In this document: positions 9,544-22,930 of the stretch, in pieces
Layout: every line of letters starts with the position of its first letter
How positions within the stretch are numbered: the first letter of the stretch is position 1
Source of the DNA: Paraphysomonas bandaiensis
Lineage: Eukaryota > Protista > Chrysophyceae
Assembly: GCA_965644295.1 (NCBI GenBank)
Contig: CBFFRP010000377.1
Coordinates: 1 to 64,000 of the forward strand
Direction of reading: 5' to 3'
DNA: 64,000 bases
Translations under genes and position numbers: made by a program
Notes under the pieces: generated by a model
The model's database searches: none
Told to the model about the DNA's origin: nothing
The model's input: the letters and a program-made list of their open reading frames with translations, nothing else

Positions 9544-9824
9544 AATTTCCTCTTACGCAGAGAAAAATACGGTACTCGGTCGAATGTTACGGATGTTACA
9601 AATCAATAAACGGACGGAATACCCCCGTTGCTTTCACACAGTCTACACTACAGGTAGTCAAAGCAAGGTTCTCTTTATAGTTACTACAGAACTTCTCAGT
9701 AAGAGGAAATTATGCCTCTATTCTACAGCCGTACACTACACACTGCATAATATAACACCATACACCTTTATGTGCCCTATGCATATCTTATACAGTCACT
9801 TCAAGTACTAAACTGAAAAGAACA
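8300..9824 (-). mobile_element. Ty1/Copia retrotransposon 5' portion (LTR, gag, truncated protease)
   Basis: NSNFATFKQRL gag start, CWGCGEPGHRMNEC CCHC knuckle, VLLDNQADVSVV protease; upstream LTR candidate. Confidence 0.8.
9585..9824 (-). repeat. Putative Copia 5' LTR (~240 bp)
   Basis: TGTT...AACA termini just upstream of gag ATG; the second LTR is not in the window, so boundaries are unconfirmed. Confidence 0.55.
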
Positions 9825-10037
9825 TCCTCTCATTCCTCTACGTTCTATATCACCTGGACTACTGGAACTACAGTGCAGTATTAATAGTATACAGCGCAGT
9901 GCAGTGTACAGTGAGAGTTCTTATATCAGCACAGCCCTCTCAGCCCTTCTCTCCATACAAACACTGCATTGGAGGGAATATCTAGGCAAGTGAAATAACG
10001 ACACGGTGTGCAGTTCGAAGATTAACGATCAGCAGTA

Positions 10038-12898
10038 ATGGGAAAGAAAGACAAGTCCAGCAAAAAGAGCTCAGAGCAGGCGGAAGATGTCAAGAGAGAG
10101 CAAAAGCTTCAGGCCATTCTACTGGCAGTGTCATTCACCAAATACTTTCGACCTATCTCTTATGTTAAGCCGAAGGTTCTTGTTCCTCTGGTGAATATTC
10201 CTATGCTCACATACACTATTGAGTTCCTCTCTCAGAATGGGGTTGAAGAGGTGAGTCTTATCGGCGCACAATAAAATGATCTCAGATTCTTTTCTTTACA
10301 GATATTTATATTTTGTGTGCGTCATACTGAGCTACTTCAACGATTTGTTGATAATTTAAAATTGCCATCCAATTTGACAGTGAAGTGTATTTACTCCAGA
10401 TCGTGTCTCTCTCAAGGCGATGCATTGAGAGAACTTGATGCAATGGGGGTGAGTTATATATTGATAAAATATATCAAACATAAACGCGTCCGTGTAGATA
10501 ATTCGATCGGACCCATTTATTCTTATCAACGGCGATGTAGTTTCTAACATGAATTTGAAGAAGGCTATAGCATTCCACAAGAGTCGCCGTCAGCAAGATA
10601 GCAACTGTATAATGACTGTAGTCATGAAGCAGGTTGAGCCTAGAACAGACGTGCGCCCCATTTGCGATGATTTGGTGGTTGCGTACGACCGGCACACCTC
10701 TCAACTGCTCCTTTTTGACAGTGACGTGTGCAAGGATGGGGTTGAGATATCGACGGATATCCTTCGGTCTAGCCCTGGATTGCGCATTCGGACAGACCTC
10801 CTGGATTGCCAGATCGATATATGCTCTCCAGAGCTTCTGCTTCAGTTTAGCGACAACTTCGACTACCAGGATATTCGAAAGCATTTCATCAAGAATGAAG
10901 TGGTCAATTGGGAGCTTGGGGAACACATTTACACATATGTCATACAGGTGGATGAACCATGTGCACAATGTATGCTAACTATCCTGACTGTTGTTGGTGC
11001 AGAAAGAATATGCCGCCCAAGTGCTTGACCCTCGCACGTACCATGCTATATGTCGGGATATTGTCCGCCGGTGGGTCCACCCCTTGACCCCAGACGCGCA
11101 CTTGTTGGGAGACACAGAATACGTGCAGGGCCGGCATTATTGTTACAAGGAGGAAGGTGTAAAAGTGGCCAGATCGGCCCGCATTGGAGAGGGAGTGGTT
11201 CTTGGACGTGGATCTGTGATCGAAGAGGGGGCTTTCATCAGCCATTGTACCATAGGGCGCTCTTGTAGGGTTGGGAAAGGAGCGGTTCTGAGACAGTCGC
11301 ATCTTTGGGAGGGTGCGTACCTTGCACATTCTATTATCGCATAACTTTTCTATTCTCAGGAGTATGCATTGAGGCTGGAGCGACAGTCACACACTCTATC
11401 ATTGCTGAAAATGCAGTCGTAAAGACTGGAGCTTGTTTGGAAAGGTATTGGTAGATGTTGTTAATTGACTGCTCTAATGCTGGCTTAAATATTAGGGGAT
11501 GCATCCTGGCGACAGGTGTAGTAGTGGGTCCTGGGGTCAGATTACCCCCCTTCACAAGAGTAGGTAGTTCGAAGCACCCTGATGAAGAGGTATGATAGTC
11601 TATCTATTCCGCAGTATATGCGCACTTTATTGTGAGAATATGTTGGGCAGTTGAGCGAAGATGAAGATAGTGACAATGACGAAGCGGAGGGCAACAACGG
11701 GGAAGAAAAGGCATCTGGAGTGCTTGGAGAGGGTGGACGCGGTTTCATCTGGGAGTTTGGTGACGACGGTAAGAATTGCTAGATATGCTATGTGGGGTGT
11801 TGACGTCGTACCCAGTTGGGGCGGAGTTTGGAATTGAGTCCGATTCTGATGAGGAGGAAGGGACAAGTGATAATCTGCTTCCGGTGTGTATATCTTACTT
11901 GCTTTCGGGTGATGTCGTAGTCAGCAATGTTTTCCAGGGTGGTAAGGTGGCTGCTTATCGCGCCTCTTGTATCGGGTGCACGGAGCAGGAAATTTGGAAA
12001 CGGGCCCTGTGGAGTGGTCTAGACCCAGTTGTAGACTCGGATGATGATTCTGAGGAAGATGAAGAGCAAATTCTTAGAGATAGACTTTCCTCTTCGGCCT
12101 CAGCTGAAGATTACGATATGAAGCGTTATGACGCTGACTTCTCAAGAATTGTGGGCGACATGGTAACCACAGGTACTGCTGCTAATTACACTGTACTGTT
12201 AAGCCGATCACCGAATTTATGTCAGGCCGCAAAGAGGGGCACCCTGCTGACAACTTACTCATGGAGATTAAAGGCTTCAAGTTCGCTCAAAATAAGGTGA
12301 CTAAACCAGAACAAGTTACACCACTTGTAATCTTTTATTTTGCACCAATAGGAATTTTCGGACTGTGTTCGCGGGGTAGTGCTTGCACTGCTGACAATTG
12401 TCACGGAGGAGTGTGAATCCAGTTCTCCCACAGAGCTCATAGCGAGACTTAAAGGGATGTTTGGACTAGAACAGTGGGGGTATCAACTGGTTTATGCCTT
12501 ACTTCAAGAGCACACAGATGCGTAAGTTTTCGCTTTGTGTGAATTCATTCTGAATAATTTTCTTGGACAGGGCAAGTGCAATTGAAAGCGTCGAAGACTT
12601 TGTGTTGAATGTTGATAGGCGGTTGTACCCTGTATTTCGATTCATTCTTCAAATTATGTACGATTCAGGTGCGTTGCTACTAAGTTGTACGACATTTTAA
12701 TATATTTTGGAAGAACTTCTGAGCGAGGACTCCTTGTTGACGTGGGCTGATACACGTGAATCGGGCAGTCACATTGCAGAGAATAAGAAAACGCTCTTTA
12801 TGGAACCACAAGTACAGGAGTTTGTGGAATGGTTGAGAGAAGGGGACGATGATGATAGCGACGAAGATGAGGACGACAGTGATGAGGACGACAATTAA
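10038..12898 (+). CDS. EIF2B5: Translation initiation factor eIF2B epsilon subunit (multi-exon)
   Basis: KLQAILLA..PKVLVPLVNIPM NTP-transferase-like domain, GDALRELD, DNFDYQD, hexapeptide beta-helix, W2 domain and acidic tail; many short GT-AG introns. Confidence 0.93.
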
Positions 12899-14452
12899 CT
12901 AGTTTTGGTTAGTGAATATTACATGAGATGTTGTAGGTATAAGTGCGAGGATATATCTTATTAACTTACATCACTATCTAATATGCGACTCGTGAAAAAA
13001 TATGCCGGGCCATTTTGGTAATACGAATAGTAATGCATTCTAAACCTCGTAAATATTCTAAATTCTCCTTATGCTAATAACAATACGTAAATACTTACAC
13101 GATGAAATGACCCTCATAGTTTATGGTTTATGTATGTATGTATGCATGCAGTCCAGCTGCAGCAGCAAATTGAAGCACATCCTCTGCAACTTTAAGAAAC
13201 AGCAGTTCAAATTCTTTTAATTCAACTACTAGTAACTGTCGTATGAAAAGCTTTCATGCAGAGTCATGGTTTCAAAGACACAGCAACAGTTTCAAGATCA
13301 TGTGGCTAAACAGTATGAAACCATTTCGTCCGAAAGAACATGAAATACGAAAAATATGATACAAAATCTAATCTTAAACTTTACTCTGATAATATTATCA
13401 AATAGTTACTCACGTATAAAGATATATCTTATGTCGAACTTAAAGTGTATAACATTGAAAAATATATGATCAACTTAAAAGATAGCGATCTGAATGATAT
13501 TCGACTAAGCTCGCATAAGAGGGTTTCCAGTTTGAAATCCCCCAACTACAGAAGAACCACATTTTTAGGTGTCATCGTCACCGTCAATATGTGAATCTGC
13601 TACTGTTCATAAGCACTCTGGTTTACCTACTGAGTCTTGATTATATTTTATCCCGGCATAGTATCGAAGAACCAATGGCCCGAGCATGTGTTCATTTATG
13701 GTCGTTAATGAAAAAGTAGTTAAACTTGGTATATTATGATTTTAGTGACAATATACAAAATTCACTCTTCAATAAATCCAAACTGAATGCTGCCAATGAT
13801 AATATTTCAAATAAAAATTCAACTAATGACTTGGAATCGAAGCTGTAGTTTGCCGATAACCGACATGCTAATATCATACATTAATCGGATAGTCTATGTA
13901 GTATTATAGACATTAATCGTTTATAATCTCCTCCATGTTATGTTACAACACACCGATATCGTCTTGTATGCGTTGTATATGAAGTCAAAATGGCAAATAC
14001 CGTTTGAAATGAAGCAATTGCATTGGATCTTAACAGATAATCGATTTCCAAATCACATTGCCGTGACATTGCAGTGAAAATGCTACCAATTATCTACTCA
14101 TCCGCTGAATCTGGAAACATTGCATCCGAATAGTCAATTGCCACTTGCCGTTCTCTATCGTCAGCCCTGGAACTTGCATATGATAACACTAGACACATCT
14201 CAGCACAATGATTTTCAAGTAGCTATACAGTACAAAAATACATATGTGGGATAAACGAATTTTGTTGCTACAATATAACGAAACTTGATATTAGACAAAC
14301 GGTAACACTTTCACTGCACTGACTCGGCAATGTGATTCGCGAATCGATTATTTGTTAGGGTCTAAAGCTATTACACCCTTTCATACGGCATTTGTCATAT
14401 TATCACAGTAGTATGGTATGGGGTGTTGCGTGTAGTGTGATTGACTATGGCT

Positions 14453-14769
14453 GTTGAGGATACACATACATGCCTCCACACACGGGTCGGGTCAATTGGG
14501 ATACATGAGGCTACTTCACAGTGACCCCTCAAGATGTCAAATAACCTCCACAGGAACACACTTGAGACTTCAAGAGAAGTCTGTATACTCTCATGACAAC
14601 CGCACTCCACTTCGTTGATAATGATCGAAGCGGAGTGAGTGGGTATACTCATCATTCATCTTGTATGTCTTCCCCTTGAGATTAGTAGCTCCTTGAAGAT
14701 ACTCACTACATACATGGGCACAGTGGATGCCTGTGTATGTGTGAGAGGTCGGACTGACCTCCCCTCAAC
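14453..14769. ncRNA. Putative structured RNA / foldback element of unknown identity
   Basis: Nested complementary segments closing 5' and 3' ends plus several internal hairpins. Confidence 0.4.
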
Positions 14770-15260
14770 CCTCATGTACTCCAATAGTACACACATATAC
14801 AGTACATGAGTACATGTATATACCGCACCACTATCGTACTCGTCGTACTGCTGTACTGTACTCGTATACGTATATGTGACATCTTGGAAGTCGTTTTTTT
14901 GAAGAAAGAAGACGACAGGCTCTCCTGTCCTGAAACACGTAACACCCAGACATACCCATACATCTATAGGAGGCAGACAGGATAGAACAGTACAGTACAC
15001 GTGGATGTGTACGTACGTGTACGTGTAGTGTATAGTACTTGTGTGGTACATATATACCACAGTCAGTCCAGTAGAGTGTCTAGAGCATCGAGCCCATCCT
15101 CATTGATTTCAAGTTATGCCCGTCACATCGAAATCAAGACATTAATATCCATATAAGGGTAAGGTGCTCTCTGGTTTGATCGTATGTTTAATTGTGCATC
15201 ACTGATAGTGTCTGACATACATCACTATACGGGACCGTCATATCAGAGGAGAGAGAGGGC

Positions 15261-17538
15261 ATGATATCAATAGAAAGCGACACAAAGAACAGTGACATGT
15301 CTGTCTCTCATGAGTTCGGAGACACCATTGAAGCGAATGGTTTCGGTTTCAGTCAACCGGATGGCACTCCATCGCCCTCAGAGGACGACGAGAGCGTGAA
15401 GCTGTTCATTGGACAGGTTATTATTCTACTTTGATGGATGTATTACTGTGATGTATGTTACAGATACCCAAGCATCTTGATGAAGAAGCACTCAGACCAT
15501 TCTTTGAAGAGTTTGGGCCCATCTTGGAGCTAACAGTAATTCGCGACAAAGCCACCAAATTACACAGAGGTATCCTATCTACTTGAAATCGCGTAGATCT
15601 TATGGTTGGTTCGTAAGGATGCGCATTTTTAACATTAGCGCGAAAGCAGTCTGCCGCCCGAGCTATCCAGACATTGCACGATAAAGTGAAGCTTCCAACT
15701 GTACGATGTATATCCTCATCACATATCGCCTAAATTTTTGTCAGGCATTGAACCCTCTGCAGATACGACCAGCCGAGAGCCAGGCCGAAAGAGAAAATAA
15801 AATTTTTGTGGGAATGCTGCCGAAAACAGTTACTGAAGTCGATTTGCATAACATGTTTTCCCGTTATGGTCAACTGAAAGAGGTAAAATAGCCCTGAAAT
15901 TTTGTAAACTCTTGTAAGTGTTTTTTTTACTACCCTCAGATTCACATCATTCGCGGTCCTGAGGGCCACTCCAAAGGCTGTGCCTTTGTAAAGTTTGTGG
16001 ATAGAGGCGCTGCGATGCTTGCAATCCACGAAATGAATGATACGCTTCCAGAGGTAAATTGATATCGTATTGGAGTCTTGTATATAAAAACTTGGTTAGG
16101 GGTCCACGCGACCTTTGGTAATAAAGTTCGCAGATAGCAAAAAGGTCTCACGCGACGCTGACTCTGATAATGTTGATGTCAACTCTACTGAGCCGTACCA
16201 GCCGCAACACCAACAAGGGGGACAGCAATTCACCTATCCGGTGTCCCCTTCGGCTCACCATAATGTGATGCCAATATCGTACATGTCCTATGGACCGGGT
16301 AGTCCTCATGGAACTAACCCCCATGTGTCCACTCCGCAGTACATGTATTATCCATCGTCTGCGGCCTTCTATCCTGGAAGTGGCGATGGGACAGGGTCGC
16401 CGATAGGTTCGCTGGCTATGTCACCACCAGGAGGCTCTCTTCTCTACCAGCTCCCCTCAATGCAGCCGGGAGTAGGTAGCTCTAGCAATAGAGGCCTGAG
16501 AGAGCCTGGTGTAGGTAGTGGTATGGGGAATCACCTTTCTGCCCCTCAGCGTGGAGGGGGTGGCGGAGACAGGGGTGGGGGTCGCCCACTAGAAGGTAAT
16601 AAAGAAGTTTGTTAACTTTAACATTAATATTGTGGTTATCTCATATAGGTCCCACTGGGGCGAACCTTTTCATTTATCACTTACCACGTGACCTCACTGA
16701 TGCAGACCTCGCAACGCTTTTTGCTCCCTTTGGCAATGTGATAAGTGCTAAGGTCTATGTTGATAAGAAAACGTCAGAATCTAAGGGATTTGGTAAAAGA
16801 TACTCTGGGTCAATTTCACTCAAAATAATATATTTGTGCAGGTTTTGTTTCATATGATGGAGTTGATGCTGCGGAGGCCGCAATTGATGCCATGAATGGG
16901 TTCCAGGTATCTATTTATCAGTGTGTACTACGGCGTGTATAAAATGTCGACAGATTGGATCGAAGCGATTAAAGGTCCAGCATAAGCGCACTGGTGGGGG
17001 CGGGGGAGGGTACTCGGGACACCACATGCCCTCTACACACCCCTCCATACCATCCATGGGTCCTGGTCCCACGGGACCTCACCACCAACAGAACTCCGTT
17101 CCCTTCCCTATTCAGCAGTATTCTTCACAGCACCAGCCTTTAGGTGTGCCGTATACTGGGAACAACGGTCTTGGCATGTACCACTCCACCGTTCCAGGCC
17201 TGCATTCCGGTCCAGGCGGTCACGTGAGTCATCATCCACATGAGCCAGCACCGGTATCTCAATACGGGGCTCAGCACCTTAATTATTATCAACAGCAAAA
17301 TCCACGGGTTTTCTCTGGTTTGACCGTGGACGGTCGAGAAACTGGGGAGGCCGGTGAGCTTTCAATGATGCGTAGTATACACGACTCTGCATCGCAGGAA
17401 GTTGATGGCAATGTTAATGATTCATTGCATGAAAAGCAGACGCACATCATTGATGTCCCGTCACTTAATAGTGTGCCAGATGACTCGTTTGCAATCACCC
17501 AGTCCTTCGAGAAATCACTGACACTTAGTGATCCATAG
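15261..17538 (+). CDS. CELF/Bruno-family RNA-binding protein, three RRMs (multi-exon)
   Basis: VKLFIGQIP..GCAF (RRM1), [18 protein letters not shown] (RRM2), [30 protein letters not shown] (RRM3). Confidence 0.92.
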
Positions 17539-18623
17539 ATATAAGACCCTTTCTGTGCGCGCATATGTATATTGAAGCGTTTGAAGAGAGTCAACATGAA
17601 CTCTGTCATTTCTTCGTTTGCATAGCAATTCTCTTCTTTGGTTCGTCTCCTATTTCGACATTGTGTAACTTTATATTATACCAAGTGGGGTGTTCTGCGT
17701 GTAGTAGTAATCTTTGTCGCTGGTGTGAATTAAGTGTATTGTGGTGAATTGGTTAGGACTTAAATTGTGATGATAAATCAATATTGCTTTTAGCATGAAC
17801 ACAAGATTATTAAATACTCAATACTCTGATTAATTAATAATTGCGACAGGTTCGTTGCATATGTTGGAATATTACGTATGTAGTATGTATCTCTAAGAAG
17901 GTAGAACGGTATAATACGTTAAATTCAATGTAAACACCTGAAATACGATGCCTAATATAGTATATAGTTGTAACTGTGAAACTGAAGTATGATGACATTT
18001 TAAGATACAGAAGTTGATCAGTGGTTTACATTAAAGGAATATAAATGATGTTTACATGACAACGCACAATTTCCTATGCAATTCTAATAATATAATAATC
18101 TATCATCTTTTGCGATCTTCCAACAAACACACACGGCGGAAATATGTCCAAAAGTCAATTGGTAAGTTCTGCAGTACGATGCGAAGTCTAGGCGTAACGG
18201 GTAACGTCTCCTAAGCACTCCTAGGTACTAGAGGCATATACTACGTATGTTGAAACTGTAATCGATAGTTCGTCAATATATTTCATATTGTTGTATTATT
18301 GAGCACTTTAAAAGCTATTGACACAACTTAAACTAATATATTTCAATGAATTGCCAACGAACTTGACGAGTTTGTTTTCTAGCATTTTAGATGTACACTC
18401 GTGTAAATATTTTAGTTCTTATGCGCCAAACTCATACCGCTTACTTTTCTGTATTGTCATTAGCAGGAAATGACACTCCGAAATCATTAGACAGAATCAT
18501 CATTGCCAACAACGGGTGAAATAAGTCTCAGAATATACGTACGTTGTGTGTGTACATGTAAAAGACGATTTTATTAACAACAACTGGATTAATTTCTAGA
18601 ACCTAATATATATAATCCACACG

Positions 18624-20859
18624 CTATGGGTTTCTGAATTCATCGTAGTCCGTTTCTGTGAGAAGTGTTCCGCAATTTGCTCCCTTTACTCCAGGAAAGC
18701 ATGTACATGTGCCAGTATTATAGTCACACGTCCCTCTCCCGGAACAATCATGGTGACACAAATTACCCTCTGCACCCAGCTCAGTTGTAACATTAGAAAG
18801 TTGGTTCTTATTATAGCAGTCAGTTTCATCGATAAGGCTTGAAGTTGGGTCATCGCCTGACGGGCATCTGCGGAATTGACATGCAGGCCCAAAGAATTCT
18901 GCGAGCTGTGTCTCCCCTGCTCCAAGCCCCACGGCCCAGCTGGAATCACATAGACATCCCATGACGCTCTTTGCGTCCCAAGTGTCGCCATCCACCTCTT
19001 GCGCATAGTACGTGTGGTCTGAAGATGTCGAGTTTCTCAACGGATGTGCTTCATACATAGTCGCCAAGCGCCACATGTCATAGCATCGCCCTCTCCCAGA
19101 ACAGGGAGGATTACCCGGACAAGTGCGCCTTTGACAAGCAGCACCAGTGTACCCATCAAAACATTGACATTCTCCCGTAGCCCTATCACATATGCCCGCA
19201 GAAGAGCACTCTGTGCGAGGATGTGCACCACTAAAGGAACTTGATCCTGTGATATACATATAGACATGAAACGAGGAGGCAATGAGACGAAGATATCACC
19301 TGATGGTGACACAAGAGAACCAAAAGATACACCAAATGGACAAATTTTTCCTGAGCAATCTCGGGGAAAGTTATCCACCTCCACCGCAGCTCTATCTGAA
19401 GGAGAGCCGAATCCATCAAAACAAGTGCACTGCTGAGTACAGTAGTCACACGTGCCTCGATCAGAGCACACTGCCATTTGACCTGACATCATCGTCAGAC
19501 TCACAGAAAATAAAATACAGGAAACATACGTGAGCAATTAAGGTTTCGTGGGCATCCCGGACCGATAGGATCAGACTCCATTACAGGTGCCACTGGAATA
19601 GTTAATGTAGTATTCTGTGAATAGACGCCTACTTGGAAACCCGAGTAGTCCTCAGGCCTTCCACAATAGGAGCTGAGGCGGTTTACTCTATCAATTACTA
19701 TGTAAAACTCTTCACCGGCATGAATGAAGGTGTCGTCCGCATCACCTCCGGGTTCGATCCATAAGGTAAGATATGATGAACCGAACATATCTGATGTGGA
19801 GTACGTCCCCTCGAACCAGAGGCCCTTCCATTCCTTCAAGCCGTGGTCGTGCAGAGCGCGTCTGCCACCTGCCCATATATCAATGAGTTCGGCATTTACC
19901 CCGCTGGAAGATGTTCTTCCCCATGAGTTTGATGAGGAGTAGCTTGATCCGTACTCTGCGCCGTTAGTAAACCCTGGTAGATAGAGCGTGATGTTGTCGC
20001 CATACTTGAAATCCGTAGCCAGCTGAAGAGTGAGGTTTACTTGAGTAAAAAATTGCTCGTGCGCAGGGAAGAATGAGAGTGATGTGTTGTACGCAAAACA
20101 AAAACGAGGGGTAAAAGACAAAAAGTTAAGAGCACCCCTTGCTTCAAAGTAATCAGTTGTACCTATCGAGCGAAGTCTAACTTCGAATGCTGTGTCTTGC
20201 ATACAGTGGAATTTGAATCCTTGGTCTCTGTCTATCTTGATTTGAACATTCGTTTCACCTACAAGCACACTTCCTCCTTCAATGTATATTCGCAGCTGAG
20301 AGTCACGATACATTTGCTCGTATGTACCATCATAATAGAGCATAGACAACGCAGATGAGTTAACATAACCCTGTGGGTGGAAATCGAATCCAGGTTCCAT
20401 GACCGTGCAGGGACCGTTAGTAAACCCTGGCATATCAAGGTATATTGATTGTCCACTCTGCAAAGGCCGGTCAAATTCTATGTTAATATTAAGCTCGACG
20501 GGTTTGCATAAATCAGACTCATTTCGGTCGATAGTAATGTTTCCTGAGACTTCAATATGTTCTATCACGAGTGTCGGTGCGAATGATATGGACGGCGCGG
20601 ATGTCGGCTGGCCACTTGGAATTGAACTTGGAACTGACGTTGGCTGAAAAGTAGGCGACGTGGGGGCAAATGTTGGAGCACCTGACGGCATTCCCGTGGG
20701 TTGTCCCGTGGGTTGTCCGGTCGGTTGTCCCGTGGGTTGTCCAGTGGGTTGGCCGGTGGGTTGTCCACTTGGAATAGAAGTCGGAGCAGCTGTCCCTGAC
20801 ACGACATCCGCCAATACAATACACACGATAAAAATCTTCTGAAGAGATAATAGAAACAT
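18624..20859 (-). CDS. Secreted Cys-rich EGF/tenascin-like protein, mastigoneme (Sig1/Ocm)-like, with PTGQ repeats (3 exons)
   Basis: Signal peptide [22 protein letters not shown]; (PTGQ)n; [60 protein letters not shown]. Confidence 0.75.
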
Positions 20860-21556
20860 CTGATGTTCTCTCCGAGTGGGCCTCTTATAAACAGAGTCAG
20901 TGTTATGTAGCAGCAGATATATACAGTTATGTATATATATTCCACAGATCACACCGCACGCATGTGATTCACTGTTATTTAAAGTCGTAACACGAGAAGA
21001 AGTGCGATGAGGATGGTGCTTTGAGTGGATGGGGTTTGTTGAAGGTCTATTATTGATTGATAGACTTCTATCTCACTGTGATGTACAGCCAGCACACATC
21101 ACTGAGATGCCTTCACTCGACTGCTCTGCTCACTGAAGTGGTGCAGAGGTCCAGCCTGCAGTTGTACACTGTGCTGCTGTATACACGTATATGGTACACA
21201 CTGCACTGGCATCATCAGTGTGTAGGGGACTTTATACAGCCACATACCTACTGTACATATAACGGAACCATACATCACGTATACTACGTATTCCGCACGG
21301 TATACTAGTTGGATCTGTGGATGGTATCCATGTGTGTGTATCTTGATGTCCCTCTGCCGCACTTATACTCACAAAAAACAATTTTGGTCACAAGCAGCAG
21401 CAACAGTATGGAAGCAAAGGGGGGGATTTTGCAAAAAGTGGACCTTTCTTATAAAAAATAATGGACTTAATTAATTTGGCAGTCAGCAAGTCGATCGATC
21501 ATCCCAAGCAATCATCTTCGAATTAACTACGTCTAAGCGACTGCAACACTGTTACT

Positions 21557-22549
21557 ATGGAATTTACGTCGTTTGAATCGTTATTGGAGAAGTCCAAAGA
21601 TATGGCGAAAGAGGGAGATACCCTTATGGCTGAAGGGAAGCACATAGAGGCGAGACAGGCACATGACGGAGCATGGGACCTTCTTTCGAGACTCTTGACA
21701 CAATATGAAGAAGCAGATGGCTTTGGTAAGGAAATAGCTGAATACATGAGTAGCTCTGATTTATGTTGGCAACTGCTGAACTCTTTCTTGGCTCAAATCA
21801 AATCAAAAAATTATCAGTCGGGCTTTCAAATTGGCAAATTATTAATTGACCTTTTTTCAAAACGAAAAGGATTTGTCATTGGAAATCCAATGTTTCATTT
21901 ATTTGTGGGCGTAACGAAGTTTGAATCTGATCCCATTAAGGCTGCCACAGCTCGAGGACCTGGTTCTCCCCATGATGACTTTGCGAGGGCCTTAATTATG
22001 GGCGGGATTTCCATTTTTGGAAATGAAGGCGATGAGGAGTATAAATTCCTTTCTTATGTTGTGAATGATCTTCATCCGCCTGAAGGATTTTCATCCTGGG
22101 AAGACACCCGTGGTACAGATTATGGCAAAGAAATGTCCCCATTCCTCAAAACGTCCACGGGGTATATTCGAGAATATTTCCTAATCAAACGAGGCATCAT
22201 ATGTGCCGAGGATGTGTATGAGGAAGAAATAGAAGCTATGAATGAAGAGGACCTAGCTGACTTCCCTGCTGCCGTGGAACATCCGAGTCACTGTCATGCT
22301 CTCAAGAAACAGAAATGTGGATATGATGAGACGCAATATCAATGTGATGTATGTGGCGAGCCAGGTGCGGGGTGGTTGTATGCCTGTGAGGAGTGCTCGT
22401 TTGATGCCCATGTTTCGTGTGTATTTGGTGAGGATTGTGATGATGGTGATGATGATGGTGATGATGATGATGATGATGGAGGTAATAAAGCGAGGGATGG
22501 TAGCCTCGGTAACGACAAGCAGATCAGCAACCAATGTCCACAGTCGTAA
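21557..22549 (+). CDS. Helical TPR-like protein with C-terminal DC1/C1-like Cys-His finger
   Basis: 330-aa uninterrupted ORF; GNPMFHLFVG..DDFARALIMGGISIF; HPSHCHAL..CDVC..YACEECSFDAHVSC. Confidence 0.75.
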   Translation: MEFTSFESLLEKSKDMAKEGDTLMAEGKHIEARQAHDGAWDLLSRLLTQYEEADGFGKEIAEYMSSSDLCWQLLNSFLAQIKSKNYQSGFQIGKLLIDLFSKRKGFVIGNPMFHLFVGVTKFESDPIKAATARGPGSPHDDFARALIMGGISIFGNEGDEEYKFLSYVVNDLHPPEGFSSWEDTRGTDYGKEMSPFLKTSTGYIREYFLIKRGIICAEDVYEEEIEAMNEEDLADFPAAVEHPSHCHALKKQKCGYDETQYQCDVCGEPGAGWLYACEECSFDAHVSCVFGEDCDDGDDDGDDDDDDGGNKARDGSLGNDKQISNQCPQS

Positions 22550-22930
22550 GTGTGTTGGTATTATGTCTGTCATATGTATACTTTCCGATAAGAGTTATGT
22601 CGTATTATATTTGCCTCTGTCGCGAAGAAGCCTTCCAGCACAGGTTATCTGCTAGTCTCTGTCATAACTTCGTTCTCTATTATTATATAATTAAATTATC
22701 AACGACTATATAATTGAAAAATTCGACGTAACTGGGACGACTATCTATATCTATGCCTTATTGTATTATTTGATACCTTCAAAATATACGTGTGATATAA
22801 CAGCTACAACATTATACCTGATCGGCCATGGTGCGTTAATATTATATAGTACTACTTACTACTGTAACAATGAATACTACAGTGAAAAATAAACCAACAT
22901 ATTGCCTCCACAAGGACTAAATTAATACTA

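Noticed and set aside
22535-22549. CPQS as a CaaX prenylation signal
   Set aside because: Weak match, and the stop overlaps a GTAAGT donor-like site, so the C-terminus is uncertain.
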